Positions 11,058 through 23,700 of a DNA stretch of 64,000 nucleotides are shown here, piece after piece; within the stretch, counting starts at the first letter, position 1; each line of letters begins with the position of its first letter. Under the pieces are notes generated by a model. The model did no database searches and was not told the origin of the DNA. It saw only the letters and a list, made by a program, of their open reading frames with translations. A program made the translations under genes and the position numbers. This DNA comes from Leucoraja ocellata (taxonomy: Eukaryota). The stretch lies in NCBI GenBank assembly GCA_036785375.1, contig JAWMAR010000384.1, positions 930,001-994,000 of the forward strand. Direction: 5' to 3'.

Positions 11058-12716
11058 ATAGAAACATAGAAACATAGAAACTAGGTGCAGAAGGAGGCCA
11101 TTCGGCCCTTCAAGCCAGCACCGCCATTCATTGCGATCATGACTGATCGTCCCCAATCAATAACGAGTGCCTGCCTTCTCCCCATATCCCTTGATTCCAC
11201 TAGCCTCTAGACCTCTATCTAACTCTCTCTTAAACCCATCCAGTGATTTGGCCTCCACTGCCCTCTGTGGCAGGGAATTCCACAAATTCACAACTCTCTG
11301 AGTGAAAAAGTTTTTTCTCACCTCAGTCTTAAATTGCCTCCAAGACTGTGGCCCCTGGTTCTGGACTCGACCAGCATTGGGAACATTTTTCCTGCATCTA
11401 GCTTGTGCAGTCCTTTTATAATTGTATGTTTCTATAAACCCTCATCATTCTAAACTCCAGCGAATACAAGCCTAGTATTTTCAATCTTTCCTCATAGGAC
11501 AGTCCCGCCATCCCAGGGATCAATCTCGTGAACCTACGCTGCATTGCTTCAATCACAAGGATGTCCTTCCTCAGATTAGGAGACCAAAACTGTACGCAAT
11601 GCTCCAGATGTGGTCTTACCAGAGCTCTATACAACTGCAGAAGAACCTCTTTACTCCTATACTGAAATCATCTTGTTATGAAGGCCAACATTAGCTTTCT
11701 TCACTGCTGCTGTACCTGCACGTCAACTTTAAGAGACTGGTGTACAAGGACGCCCAGGTCTCGCTGCACCTCCCCCTTACCTAACCTAACCCCATTGAGA
11801 TAATATCTTCTCCCTTGTTGTTGCCGCCAAAGTGGATAACCTCACATTTATATATATTATACTGCATCTGCCACGCATCTGCCCACTCACTCAACCTGTC
11901 CAGGTCACCCTGCAACCACCTAACATCCTCTTCACAGTTCACACTGCCAGCCAGCTTTGTGTCATCCACAAACTTGCTAGTGTTGCTCCTAATTCTCGCT
12001 TCCAAATCATGAATATATATGGTAAACAGTTGCGGCCTCAACACCGAGCTTTGCGGCACTCCACTCGCCACTGCCTGCCATTCTGAAAAGGACCCGTTCA
12101 CTCCTACTCTTTGCTTCCTGTCTGCCAACCAATTTTCTATCCATGTCAACACCCTATCACCAATACCATGTGCTCTAATTTTAGTCACCAGTCTCCCGTG
12201 CGGGACCTTATCAAAGGCTTTCTGAAAGTCTAGATACACTAAATCCACTGGCTCCCCTACATCCATTTTACTTGTCATATCCTCAAAAAATTCCAGAAGA
12301 TTAGTCAAGCATGACTTCCCTTTCATACGTCCATGTTGAGTTGGACTAATCCTTTTACTGCTATCCAATGCTCCATTATTACATCTTTAATAATTGACTC
12401 CAGCATCTTTCCCACCACCGAAGTCAGGCTAACTGGTCTGTAATTCCCCGTTTTCACCCTCACTCCTTTCTTGAAAAGTGGTATAACATTAGCTATCCTC
12501 CAATCCACAGGAACTGATCCTCAATCTATTGAACATTGGAAAATGATCACCACTGCGTCCACTATTTCTAGAGCCACCTCCCTGAGGAACCTGGGATGCA
12601 GACCTGTTTGGATTCCTTTCCAGTCTACCTTGGCCAGCTCCTCTCTCATGCCTTCATGGTCCCCTTTGTTCAACTGCATCACTGACACTTCCAATTTAAC
12701 CTTCTCCTTCTCAAAT
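11058..12716 (-). mobile_element. CR1 LINE (RT region to 3' tail), running into the gap
   Basis: ORFs 12323..12508, 11781..12368 and 11416..11634 carry successive CR1 ORF2 motifs; (catagaaa)n tail at 11058. Confidence 0.92.
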
Positions 12717-12916
12717 NNNNNNNNNNNNNNNNNNNNNNNNNNNNNNNNNNNNNNNNNNNNNNNNNNNNNNNNNNNNNNNNNNNNNNNNNNNNNNNNNNNN
12801 NNNNNNNNNNNNNNNNNNNNNNNNNNNNNNNNNNNNNNNNNNNNNNNNNNNNNNNNNNNNNNNNNNNNNNNNNNNNNNNNNNNNNNNNNNNNNNNNNNNN
12901 NNNNNNNNNNNNNNNN
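12717..12916. other. Assembly gap (200 N)
   Basis: Run of exactly 200 N; the round length suggests an unsized scaffolding gap. Confidence 0.99.
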
Positions 12917-13086
12917 TGAAGATTGTACGAGGTCTTGGAGCACTCGTTATATCTCACCATTGTGATCCATCCAATATTGCAAGAAGTTGACAATCTGATA
13001 GGATTGATAGAGGCAAGAAGTGCAAGAATTCTTCAACAGTGTGGATCTTCCTCAGCTACTTTCAGTAGCCATTCAGTAGCCATTCA

Positions 13087-13388
13087 GACCCCTCCCAACC
13101 CCAACCATGGACTGTTTGCCCTCCTCCCATCAGGGAGGCGGTACAGGAGCCTCAGGTCTCGTACTAGTAGGATGAGGAACAGCTTCTACAACAACACTAT
13201 CACATTGCTGAACTCGGAGTCCCGCCGATAGATTTCTCCAGTCTCTCCGTCCACATTGTTTGCTTACTCTGTATTTTTATTTCTATATTGCACTATTACT
13301 ACGGACTGACGCTAAACTGCATTTCGTTATACCCATACTTGTATTTGTGCAATGACATTAAAGTTGAATTGAATTGAATTGAATTGAA
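13087..13388 (+). mobile_element. Rex1/Babar-type LINE 3' end
   Basis: HGLFALLPSGRRYRSLRSRTSRMRNSFY motif followed by (ttgaa)n tail. Confidence 0.8.
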
Positions 13389-14164
13389 TAGTGAGTACTA
13401 ATGAAGTGCAGATTTCTTAATGCAATACAGTCTGGAACATGGAACCATTGAGCATAAGTTTGGACAGGCTCACGGTTAAAATGTACAATGCATTGATTTG
13501 TGGTGTATTCAATGGTAAGTAGAGATGTGCTGTCGTCACCAACCTCAGCACCTAATGATACACGTTTTTGCACATTTTTACCCTAGAAACAGGATAAAAC
13601 TGCGCAGAGTGTGCAACAGGCTTTGGGGAAGCAGCTAAAAATCCACATGGAACTAATGACAAAGGCAGTAAAAGGGTTAAGATAACACTGAGGGAAAGCT
13701 TATTGTCCTGACACCATGTAACTAAATTCTCTACTTTCTTCCTGAACTGCACCTTATCATTGTTTGTCATTTGACCCACCACAGTGATGTAATCTGCAAA
13801 TTTATAGATGGAATTAGAACCAAATCTGTCCGTATAGTTATGCGTATAGGGAGTGCAGTAGGGGGACTGAGAATTTGTCCTTACTTGGCCTCTGTAAAAT
13901 GATCCCCAATGTATAGGAGGTGAGGGAAAGGGCAATGGATCGGAAAGTTGGATAACATCAAACTAGTGCAAGTAGGTAATCGATGGTTGGCATGGACTCG
14001 GTGGGCCAAAGGTGTACCTCATAGTCCGCTTGAGTAGCTTACAAGCCAACGGTATGGACGTTGAATCCTTAATTTCCAAACTCACAATTAGCTTTTCTTT
14101 GCAGTTTGTTCAGACCAGCACCCTGAGCCTGTCAGTCTGGTGCTGATGCTGGTGATGAAGAACT

Positions 14165-14296
14165 GGGCTGTTGCCAGGCGACCACCGCCCCTAGCAACCG
14201 TCCCCCACCCCCCCCCCCCCCCCCCCTCCTTGTCGGGCTCATAGGCAACCCGGAAGGTATATGCGTTCTCTTCCGGCGTGTAGTGGAACATGGCGA
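14165..14296 (+). promoter_or_regulatory. GCN1 TATA-less, GC-rich promoter / 5' region
   Basis: ETS-type CCGGAAG (14250-14256) and CTTCCGG (14270-14276); YY1-like ACATGGCG overlapping the ATG; RFX-like GTTGCCAGGCGAC (14170) and CCTAGCAAC; CpG-rich through exon 1. Confidence 0.55.
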
Positions 14297-14307
14297 CGGA
14301 CACGCAG
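14290..14307 (+). CDS. GCN1: GCN1 coding exon 1
   Basis: ATG GCG ACG GAC ACG CAG|gt = MATDTQ. Confidence 0.88.
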
Positions 14308-14707
14308 GTCTGTGCTGGGCAGCAGTAAAGTTGAATTGATCACCTTCGGACTGGTGACCGGCCTGGTGCAAGGCGACGGGCTGAGTTCGCAAAGGGGGTT
14401 GAGAGGACCGATGAGCGAGGGAGAGGGTGTAACCCGGCGGCTTGGGGTAGGGGGGCGTGAGCGAGACGTACACAGTTGGGGAATGGGCGTGAGAGAGAGA
14501 CTTGGAGTTGGGGCGACGGGCCAAAATCTCCAGGACTGAGTGGCTGAACCGATTTGAACGTGAACCCACAGGGTCGAGGGGGATTTCTTTGCTGAGAAAG
14601 ATTGACAGGAGATTGTAGTCGGGTAATTTAAAGGAGAGAATTGGTGATAAGGTGGAATGGGGGAAGAGGAAAGCTGTGACATGTACTTTGCAAATCCGAG
14701 AGAGAGT

Positions 14708-14748
<41 letters not shown>

Positions 14749-17700
14749 TGTCGATAGAGTGAAGAGAAATTATAACGGGAGGAAAACGGTACATGCCGGT
14801 CAAAGATGAGAAATTTTGATGCTGAGCTACTCGGGATGAGTTGAAGTTAAAAATGAGCAGATAACGAATGTTTATTTTTGTTCACGTGGTAAATCCCAGG
14901 TCATGTTCAAACTTTAGTGGATGTACCCAATGTGAACATACAACATGGAATAGTACAGCACAGAACAGGCCCTTTGGCCTGCAATGTGTGCCAAACATGA
15001 TGCCAGGGTAAATTAAATTCCTCTCCTTGGATGTGATCTATGTTCCTCCATTCCCTACACATCCATGTGCCTTATTTAAAAGCTGATTAAATGCCACTGA
15101 TTCTATCTGCATCCACCACCACCCAAGACACCTACCACTCTCCGTGAAAAAAAAACGTGCCCTTCACATCCCATTAAATGTTGCCCCCTCTCACCAGAGA
15201 GAGATGCCATCTAGTCTGACGTATCCACCTTGGAGAGATAAAAAAGGTTCTGATGCTCTCTCTCCTGTCTATGCCACATAATTGTATATGTATCAATCAG
15301 ATCTCCCCTCAGCCTCTCATGCTCCAGAGAAAACAATCCACATTTGTCCAAACTCTGCCTGTAACTCATACCCTCTAATCCAGGCAACATTTTGGTGACC
15401 CTTCTGTAAACTCTAGAGTGTGCACTGTTTGTGAGATTAGTAGAGCACAGTCCTCATGGGAATATATTGATTTATCGATTTGTTATATGGTTTCTTGTTG
15501 CACTGATGGACATTTTAGTAATTGCATTGAATTCAATGTTTCCACTTGAAGGAAATTACCTGAAATTCGGGGAAATTCTGGTTGTCATCGGTAATTTTAG
15601 GGAAATGGAATAATTTCGGGGAAATTTCCGCATGTAGCCCGCAAAGGGGTGTAAAGGTAATACATACAGCACTGCCGGTTTGGCGCTGAAATGTTTAAAC
15701 TGAGTGCTGTCAGTTTAACGCATGGGAATTTAAACGAAGAGCTGTCGGCTGCAGCACTGCGGGTTCTAAATGTAGCACTACCGGCTGCAGGGCTATGGGC
15801 TTTAAACACAGCACTATGGGTCACAGGGAAAATTTTCGGTATAACAATGAGTCTTTAGAATTCTCTTTCTCAGTGGAAGTTGAGCCTTTGATTATTTTTC
15901 AGGCAGTGGTAGAATTCTGGATAAGCCTAGTCTAGTGGTGAAAAGTTACCAGTGGCGGTGGATTGCCATTACATTGATATTGTCCTTGATTTTACAGAAT
16001 GGTGGGTGGGCTCAAGAGGCCGAGAAGGGAGGGGTGGAGAGAGGGAGGGAAAGAGGGAATAGGAGGGAGAGATTGAGGTAGGGAATAAGAGAGGGAGGGA
16101 GAGAGAGAAAAAAAGGAAGAGGGAGAGAGAGGTAGAGGGAGTGAGGGAAAGGGGGGGGGGGGAGAGATGGAAGGAGAGACGGAGAGAGAGGGGAGGAGCG
16201 AGGGAAGGAGAGGGAGGGAGGGAGGGAAAGGGGGCGGGAGAGCGAGAAGAGTCTGAGACACATGAGCAGGTTGAAAAAAGCTGTTGGAGGCAATGAAAGC
16301 TGCCTTGCATAACACTGTATAAGTGAGTAACAGAAGCTGGCAGATGCGGTGTAGTTACATAGATCTATTTTACCTTGTTCTTCTTTGTTGTTAACGTGTA
16401 CCCGCAAAAAAAAAACAACAACATACAGCATGCAGGAAGCATTTTTGAAAATTTCAGGAAATACCAACAAGTTCCAGGAAATTTGGGATTCTATTTAAGG
16501 AAATCATTTTTTGAGGTGTGGAAGCACTGATTGACCTGCCTTTTTTGATAAAGCTGAAGATTTAGTTTCATGAAACGTGTTTTTGCCTTTCGGTTAAGCC
16601 AGAGTTTGCTTGATTGTATCTGCCTGCTTCTGTTACTCACTAGATTGTATGTAACGAATAAAAGTTGTGGTTTGGAAGGTAAATGGAATCGTGCCAAAAA
16701 ATTACTGTTGGGAGTACACTTTGTCCCGTTATTTTCTGCTTCCCTGGGAATTGGGTTCACTGCCATCAATTTCTTGATATATCATCCAAATGATTATTCA
16801 GTGTGGGTGAGCTTAATATATGCCAATCCTGGGAAGGGTTGATATGTGGTAGATACTCACTTCCAATGATAGATTAGAAGTGAACTGTGGTGTACTTTCT
16901 TTTCCTTCTTCCTCTGCCCTGAGTCAATGCACTCCAACACTTTCTGCTGCTGGGTCAACTTATGGCATTTATTAATTACCTCTATTATTGTTTTATCCAA
17001 TTGGGCTTTTAATGGATTGTGTTTGAATTGTGTATAATTCACATTTTCAAATATTGCTAAATTATTGTTTGTGTAACTTGTAATGGGGAAAATATTGTAT
17101 TCAGCAATATTGACTGAACACTCCATACTTTCAGTTAAAATGTACTGAAAATTTGATTCCCTATCTTTCATTGGAATACCTTGAGAGAACAACTTCTGGT
17201 TCTGGCAAAGGAGAGAATGGTGCAATTTATGGAGATTTGTAGGATTTCTAACGGTTGGAATTGGTGCTGATTTATGGATATTTAGTTTGATTCAGACCAA
17301 AATCAGGCCTTGAACCATTTGGTAATGCTAAAGTCTATCTGTGCAATGTTGTAATAACACTTTAATAGATTACTTTAGAACAGGAGAAAATGTAACCCCT
17401 CAAGTCTGTTCTGCTCTTCAGTTGGATCATGGGACATCTGTGACCTAGCTCTACCTTGATTTTCCTCGCATTCTTTTAATAAAAATGTAGCTAACATGTA
17501 ATTTGAAGATTCAAGAAAGAATGGTTGAACCCATGGATTGAAGCACTTATTGATGTAACCATTTTCCTTTCTTTTGCTTTCTCAAGCCAATTCTGTGACT
17601 GTAATAAACTTTTCTCAAAACATAATTTGCAATTGGCTACTATGGGCTTCTTCTGACTAGTGTTGGATAGAAAAATGAGGTGTTTTATAAGCAGCAGAGA

Positions 17701-20700
17701 GAAGAAAGAATTGGTGCTACTAAGTGGGTTAAAAGATTAAAATGTATAAATGTGTCATACTAATAATATACGTAGTACTGCCCTAACACAGTAGTTGCAT
17801 TCCTAAGAAACCTTGTGGTCTTGGAAATGCTGGAAAAACAATTTTTATCAATGGCAAAAAGGGAATTTGGAGGCTAGTGTGTTTCAGGCTCATAACAACA
17901 AAGTCTGCAGGATATTCAAGTAAATTTTGTTGCTGCAAGCTAAAAATACTGAAGGCAGTATGTTGCATTGTTTAATAGAGGATCATGGCATGTCAATTCA
18001 ATGGTCGCTGTGGTAAAAACTGACATACTGTACGGTAAACCCTCATTGTAATGGACCTCTTATTAACCCATTTGGGTGATAACTAAACTACTGACAACTG
18101 CTCGTGCCACCTCCCCTAGCGCTTACAGTGCTAATTGCCAAGTCTGCTCTGCCATTCAATCATGGCTGATCTATCTCTCCCTCCTAACCCCATTTTTCTG
18201 CCTTCCCATAACATCTGACACCTGTACTAATCAAAAATCTATCAATCTCTGCCTTAAAAATATCCACTGACTTGGCCTCTACAGCCTTCTGTGGCAAAGA
18301 ATTCCACAGATACACCACCCTCTGGCTAAAGAGATTTTACCTAATCTCCTTCCTAAAAGAACATCCTTTATTTCTGAGGCTATGACCTCTACTCCTAGAC
18401 TCCCCCAATAGTGGAAACATCCTCTCCATATCAACTCTATCCAAGCCTTTCACTATGCTGTATGTTTCTTTGAAACTCAAGCGAGTATAGGCCCAGTGCT
18501 GACAAATGCTCATCATAGGTTAATCTACTCATTTCTGGAATCATTCTTGTAAACTTCCTCTGGACTCTCTGCAGAGCCAGCACATCCTCGGATATGGTGC
18601 CCAAAATTGCTCACAAGGTTCAAATGCGGCCTTACCGGCCAGCGCCTTATAAAGCCTCAGCACGACATCCCCGTTTTTGTATTGAAGCCCTCTTGAAATT
18701 CTCCATATGACTGCTCCGGTTTGCTCCCACATCTCAAAGACGTCTTGGTTTGTAGGTTAATTTATCTCTGTAAAATTGCCCCTAATGTATAGGGAGTGGA
18801 TGAGACAGTGAGATTATGTAAAACTTGTGTGAACGGGTAATCGCTAGTTGCTGTGGACTAGATGGGCCATAAGGCCTGTTTGCGTGATGTATCTTTAAAC
18901 TAAAGCAAGCTAAACCATTTAGAAAGCATGTTATGAGCTTTGTACATGAGTTTGATTCCATTCTGTGAAAAGACTAGAGCTTCTCTTTATATTCTTAAGA
19001 ACAGAGAAGGTTGTTGTTAACACCGAATAAAGAGAAATTGGCAGATGGTTCAATAACAAAGAGAATACAGATTTTACATTGTTGGAAAATATTTGTTTTC
19101 TTTTACACAATGAATTATGACCTGAAATTCTGCCTGAATTATGGTTAAAAACCGTTGTAGGAAATGTAACGACCTGAAAGGAAGAAAATTACTGGCTTTT
19201 GGCAATGAGAAGTGGGAATGATTGGAAAGGTGGAGCTGGTGCAGGTATGATGAGATGATTGGTCTCCAACTGTGATAACAATGAAAATTGTAGGCCTTTG
19301 TTCAAGGATAAATTGTTTTATAATTATAGCTTGAGTAACTGCACTTAAAAATGTACTCGCTGTTCCTAAAATAGCAAGTTTCCTTCAAATGCTATATTTA
19401 TGAAAGGACCTAGATGTTGCTCTGTTAAAACGGCTTTGTGCTTAATCGCAAATGTTGCCAGTTTTTATGCCATTTTCCCTACTACTTTGCAAATTCTTGC
19501 TATTGTCAACATGTAGCACAGCAGGTGCAATTTTAAACTGACCCAAGACAACACAAGCAACACACTATCATTTTTGGTTTGAATGGGTACTGCAATGATA
19601 AAGTTATGGATGGGTGTGATTGTTAGAAGTTACTCCCATTGGAGAGTCTGAGGAACCCGGGTCTGAGGTTGTCAGAGGAGATCTCTGTAAGGACTGCGTG
19701 TGGTCTCGAGATGCCTGCACTTGTAGAGGCCATCAATTTGGGTAAATGCCTCTTTGCCTGATATGCCTGCTCTTGTTGATTAAGTCTCTTGTCCTTGTGT
19801 GTGGACTTTAAGTTACCCTACACTGCAGCAGTAAGCAGCAAATTATTTTTGCAAATCTCAACTATGCTAGGATGCAGTTTCACATTTAGACATACCGTTG
19901 AATAACTTTCTTGAGTGGCATTCTTACCAAGTGAGCCAAACTTTGAAAGTTGGTGGGCAATTCAAATACAGTTGTACAGATACAGTTGAAGTCAGTATAC
20001 TTACCATCTGCCACCATGGCTTTTTTAATGTCTTACTGGGGTTAATTTTATCTACAATTCTCTACTGGAGTCAGTTAATTTAACTCGCATGCAGATGATA
20101 TTTCCTGTGCCACGGGATACAAGTTGCAGTGCGCTATTTCAGTGCCCTGAGTGCACTTTGTTCTATCTGGCCTGTTTCAGTGTTGCACTGTTAGCTGCGG
20201 ATCTGGTAAACTTTGCCCCATCAATGGTCATTTGTCAATATGTGTGGGATAAATACATTGTTTAACAGATTACAAAATGAGAACCGTGTGATTAATTTTC
20301 AGGTTTCAGACACTCTCAGGAGGTTTGCTGCAAGAGTCACTACCGCCAGTGTTAAAGAGAGGCAGCAGATACTCTCTGATTTGGGGAGCTGTGTCAATGG
20401 AAAAGGTAGGTAATTGCTGAACCACATCTTCTCCTGTGGTCCGCAAACAGCCACATGTTATTTTTATTTGGGTGAAGTGTAAATCCTAATTTGAAATTGC
20501 ATACATAAATGCCTTGTTAGAGAGAGAGTAAGATTTGAGTAGACTGCCCACACATGGAGCAGGTGTGCCAGTCCCATTACGACAATCTCTCCGCTGGCCA
20601 GGATGCAACACTGAGCCTCCCATCTCTATACTGAACAGTTGCAGCTCCTCCACACGGAGCCTTGGGCGTTTATTGCTGGATTGGTGTTGCTCTCTAGACC

Positions 20701-23700
20701 GGTCACTCAGTTAGTGATGCATTCTCTCCGGGTAAAGGTACGATGATATCTTTCAGTGCGGATTTGTGAATTAACTGAGGTACCATTGTAGCCAGTAAGA
20801 CAAAGTAAACTGCAAAAAGGTGCACGGTGCAGTATATTGGAGAGCAATCTACAATCCAGAAACAGTGGGATGAGACAGTGGTTTAATCAACAGGTTAGAG
20901 TGCAATGGTGGATGTTCTTTTTATGACAGCAATACTATTATAAGGTGACAGAAAGCAAGCGTCATGAGTCCAAGTAATATGTTTGGTGTAGAAATGTATG
21001 AGTTTATTAATGTAGATTAAGGCAATTCTGGTGGGGAGTCCATAAACCAGATGCAGTTTGTTGCTGATTTTTTTTGTCCTTTCAGATCTGCCTGATGGTG
21101 CTGTGAAAGGCCTGTGCAAACTTTTCTGCTTAACACTTCATCGTTATAGGTTAGTTCCAGAGGTTTTGGCTTAATTGATGTATTCACGGGTGTAACTGCT
21201 ATAGCAGCAGCAACAGTACTGTACGTTACTAATTCTGAGATTGCTATTGGTTTTGTTTTATAGTTTCTCTTAATACAGTTTTTCTTGGGTATTTTATAAT
21301 GCTACAATCCAACTGAAGGTAGCTATTCCTATCTTTGGGTTATAGAACATGGAATATAGCACAGCACAGGAACAAGCTCTTCAGCCCTCAATGTCTGTGC
21401 TGAACATGATGCCAAGACTAACTCTTATCAGCCCACATATAATCCTTATCTCTCCAATCTCTCCATATCCATGTGGCTATCCAAAAGTGTCTTAAATTCC
21501 ACTATCATATCTGCCTTCACCATCATCCCTGGTAACAGGTACTCGCCACCCACGGTATATTTAAAAAACAAAATTTGCCCCATGCATCTCCTTTAAATTT
21601 TGCCCACTCACCTTGAAACTATGTCTAGTTTTTGACATTTATGCACGAGTAAAACTATCTATCATTTCAGTGCCTCTAATAATATTATACCTGTTGCATT
21701 GGATGCTCCAGAGAAAACACTCCAAATTGAAGAAGGGTCTCAACCCGAAACCGGTGAAGCTGTCTGCCCCGATGAGTTACTCCAGCATTTTGTGCCTAGC
21801 AAATTTGTCCAACCTCTTGTAAATGTACTCCATCCACTATAGGCAACATGGTGGTGAATTGCTTCTGCACCCTCTCCAATGCTTCCACATTCTTCTTGTA
21901 ATGTTGCAGCCAGCCATGCACAAGAGACTCCAATTGTGCCCTAACCAAAGATTTTTACTGCTGCTACTTGACTTTGTAACCTTGAAACTCTGACCAATAA
22001 AGCCGAGCATGCTGTATGCCTTGTTCACCACTCTTTCCATCTGTGTTGCCATTTTGGGTAGCTATGCACTTGTACCATTTGATCCCTTTGTAGCTCAATG
22101 CTCCACAAGGTCCTTTTAATTGACTGCATAACTTTCCTTTTTCAGTTGAATTTCCAAAATGCAACACTTCATATTTGTCAGAGAGTGGTGAATCTCTGGA
22201 ACTCTCTGCCACAGAGGGTAGTTGAGGCCAGTTCATTGGCTATATTTAAGAGGGAGTTAGATGTGGCCCTTGTGGCTAAGGGGATCAGGGGGTATGGAGA
22301 GAAGGCAGGTACGGGATACTGAGTTGGATGATCAGCCATGATCATATTGAATGGCGGTGCAGGCTCGAAGGGCCGAATGACCTACTCCTGCACCTAATTT
22401 CTATGTTTCTATATCTAGATTAATGTCCATCTGTTACTTCTCTGCTAAATGTCCAACTAACCAATATCCTGTTGTATCCTTTGTCAACCTTCCTCATTAT
22501 CCACAACCATTTTTGTGTCGCCTGTAATGTTGCTAATCAAATCACCTACGTTTTCATTCATTTTGTCAACTTAATTTCTCCAGTCCTCCATCTCTTAATC
22601 GATTTTCCCTTTTGTTACTTCAGCTGTACCTTGCATCCATTCCATGTACCTTGAAACTTGTTTTCCCTTTAATGTTTCTTCACAACTGTTGCCTGACCAC
22701 TGCATTTTTCCAGCATTTTCTCTTTTTATTTCACTTTAATTTACACTTCCTTCTTTGTCCTTCCATTGTCAATTTCACAACCCTCACTCTGGTTGGGGTT
22801 AAATTGAGGAACAGTTGCTTATTCTGTTCATTTCAGTTTCAGATGTCTTGTTTGCCTCGCCACTTTATCAGTTGGGACGTTTAGGAACTTAATACAAAAT
22901 GATTTTCAAACCCAAACTGATAATGGTCAAATCTAACTAATGGCAGAAGTGATTTTGTCCCAGCATGTATAACGTAGTGCTACAGCATTATGGTGCTACA
23001 ACTCCAGAGACAGGGCAGATACAAATTGTGTGATGGCCACAATGTGGTAGGTTTTGAGATTGGGGTACACCCTTGGCTTATGAGAAGTCTATTCAGTGAT
23101 AACAGTGAGGAAGAGGTGTCTGCTTCTGGTGGTACATTTTTGTAAGTAGAGGGGAGAAGGAGATAGGAGAGGGGAGAAGCGGGAATGGCCAGCGTGTAAG
23201 TGGTCCTTGATTATGTTGGGTGTTTTTCGAGGCTGATATGTGTGATGGACTGGGCTGCGTCCACAATTCTGTAATTTCTTTTGGACTTGGTCAGAGCTGT
23301 TGCCAAACCAAGTTGCGATGCATCCTAATAGGATGCCATCTCCGCTGCATTGATAGAAACTGGTAAGAGCTGTTAGAGATGTGCCAAATATACCTAATTT
23401 CCAGAGAGAGTAGAGGTGCTTTTGCCCAAAGCGGATTTGCCCAAACTTCATCCAGCCTGGCTGCTGCTGAATACTCTCCACTGTGCTAGTGCAACTCTTT
23501 CGTCACCATGGGCTGTGTGAATATTTGAAATGAGGTGGAGTAGTACAGCAATGATCAAGAATTTAGTATTGGTGTATTATTATCACATATATCAAGACAC
23601 GGTGAAAGTCTTTCTTGTTATTTGGCAGAGATGCAACGTCCCGAAGAGCTCTTCAGGCAGTTATTGAGCAGCTGGCTGAAAGTCATCCTGAGACGACGAC

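Noticed and set aside
12471-12993. ORFs spanning the N-run
   Set aside because: Artefacts of translating the assembly gap.
14132-14803. 223-aa minus-strand ORF overlapping GCN1 exon 1
   Set aside because: Runs through the (AC)n microsatellite and C-run in a GC-rich promoter; no domain signal.
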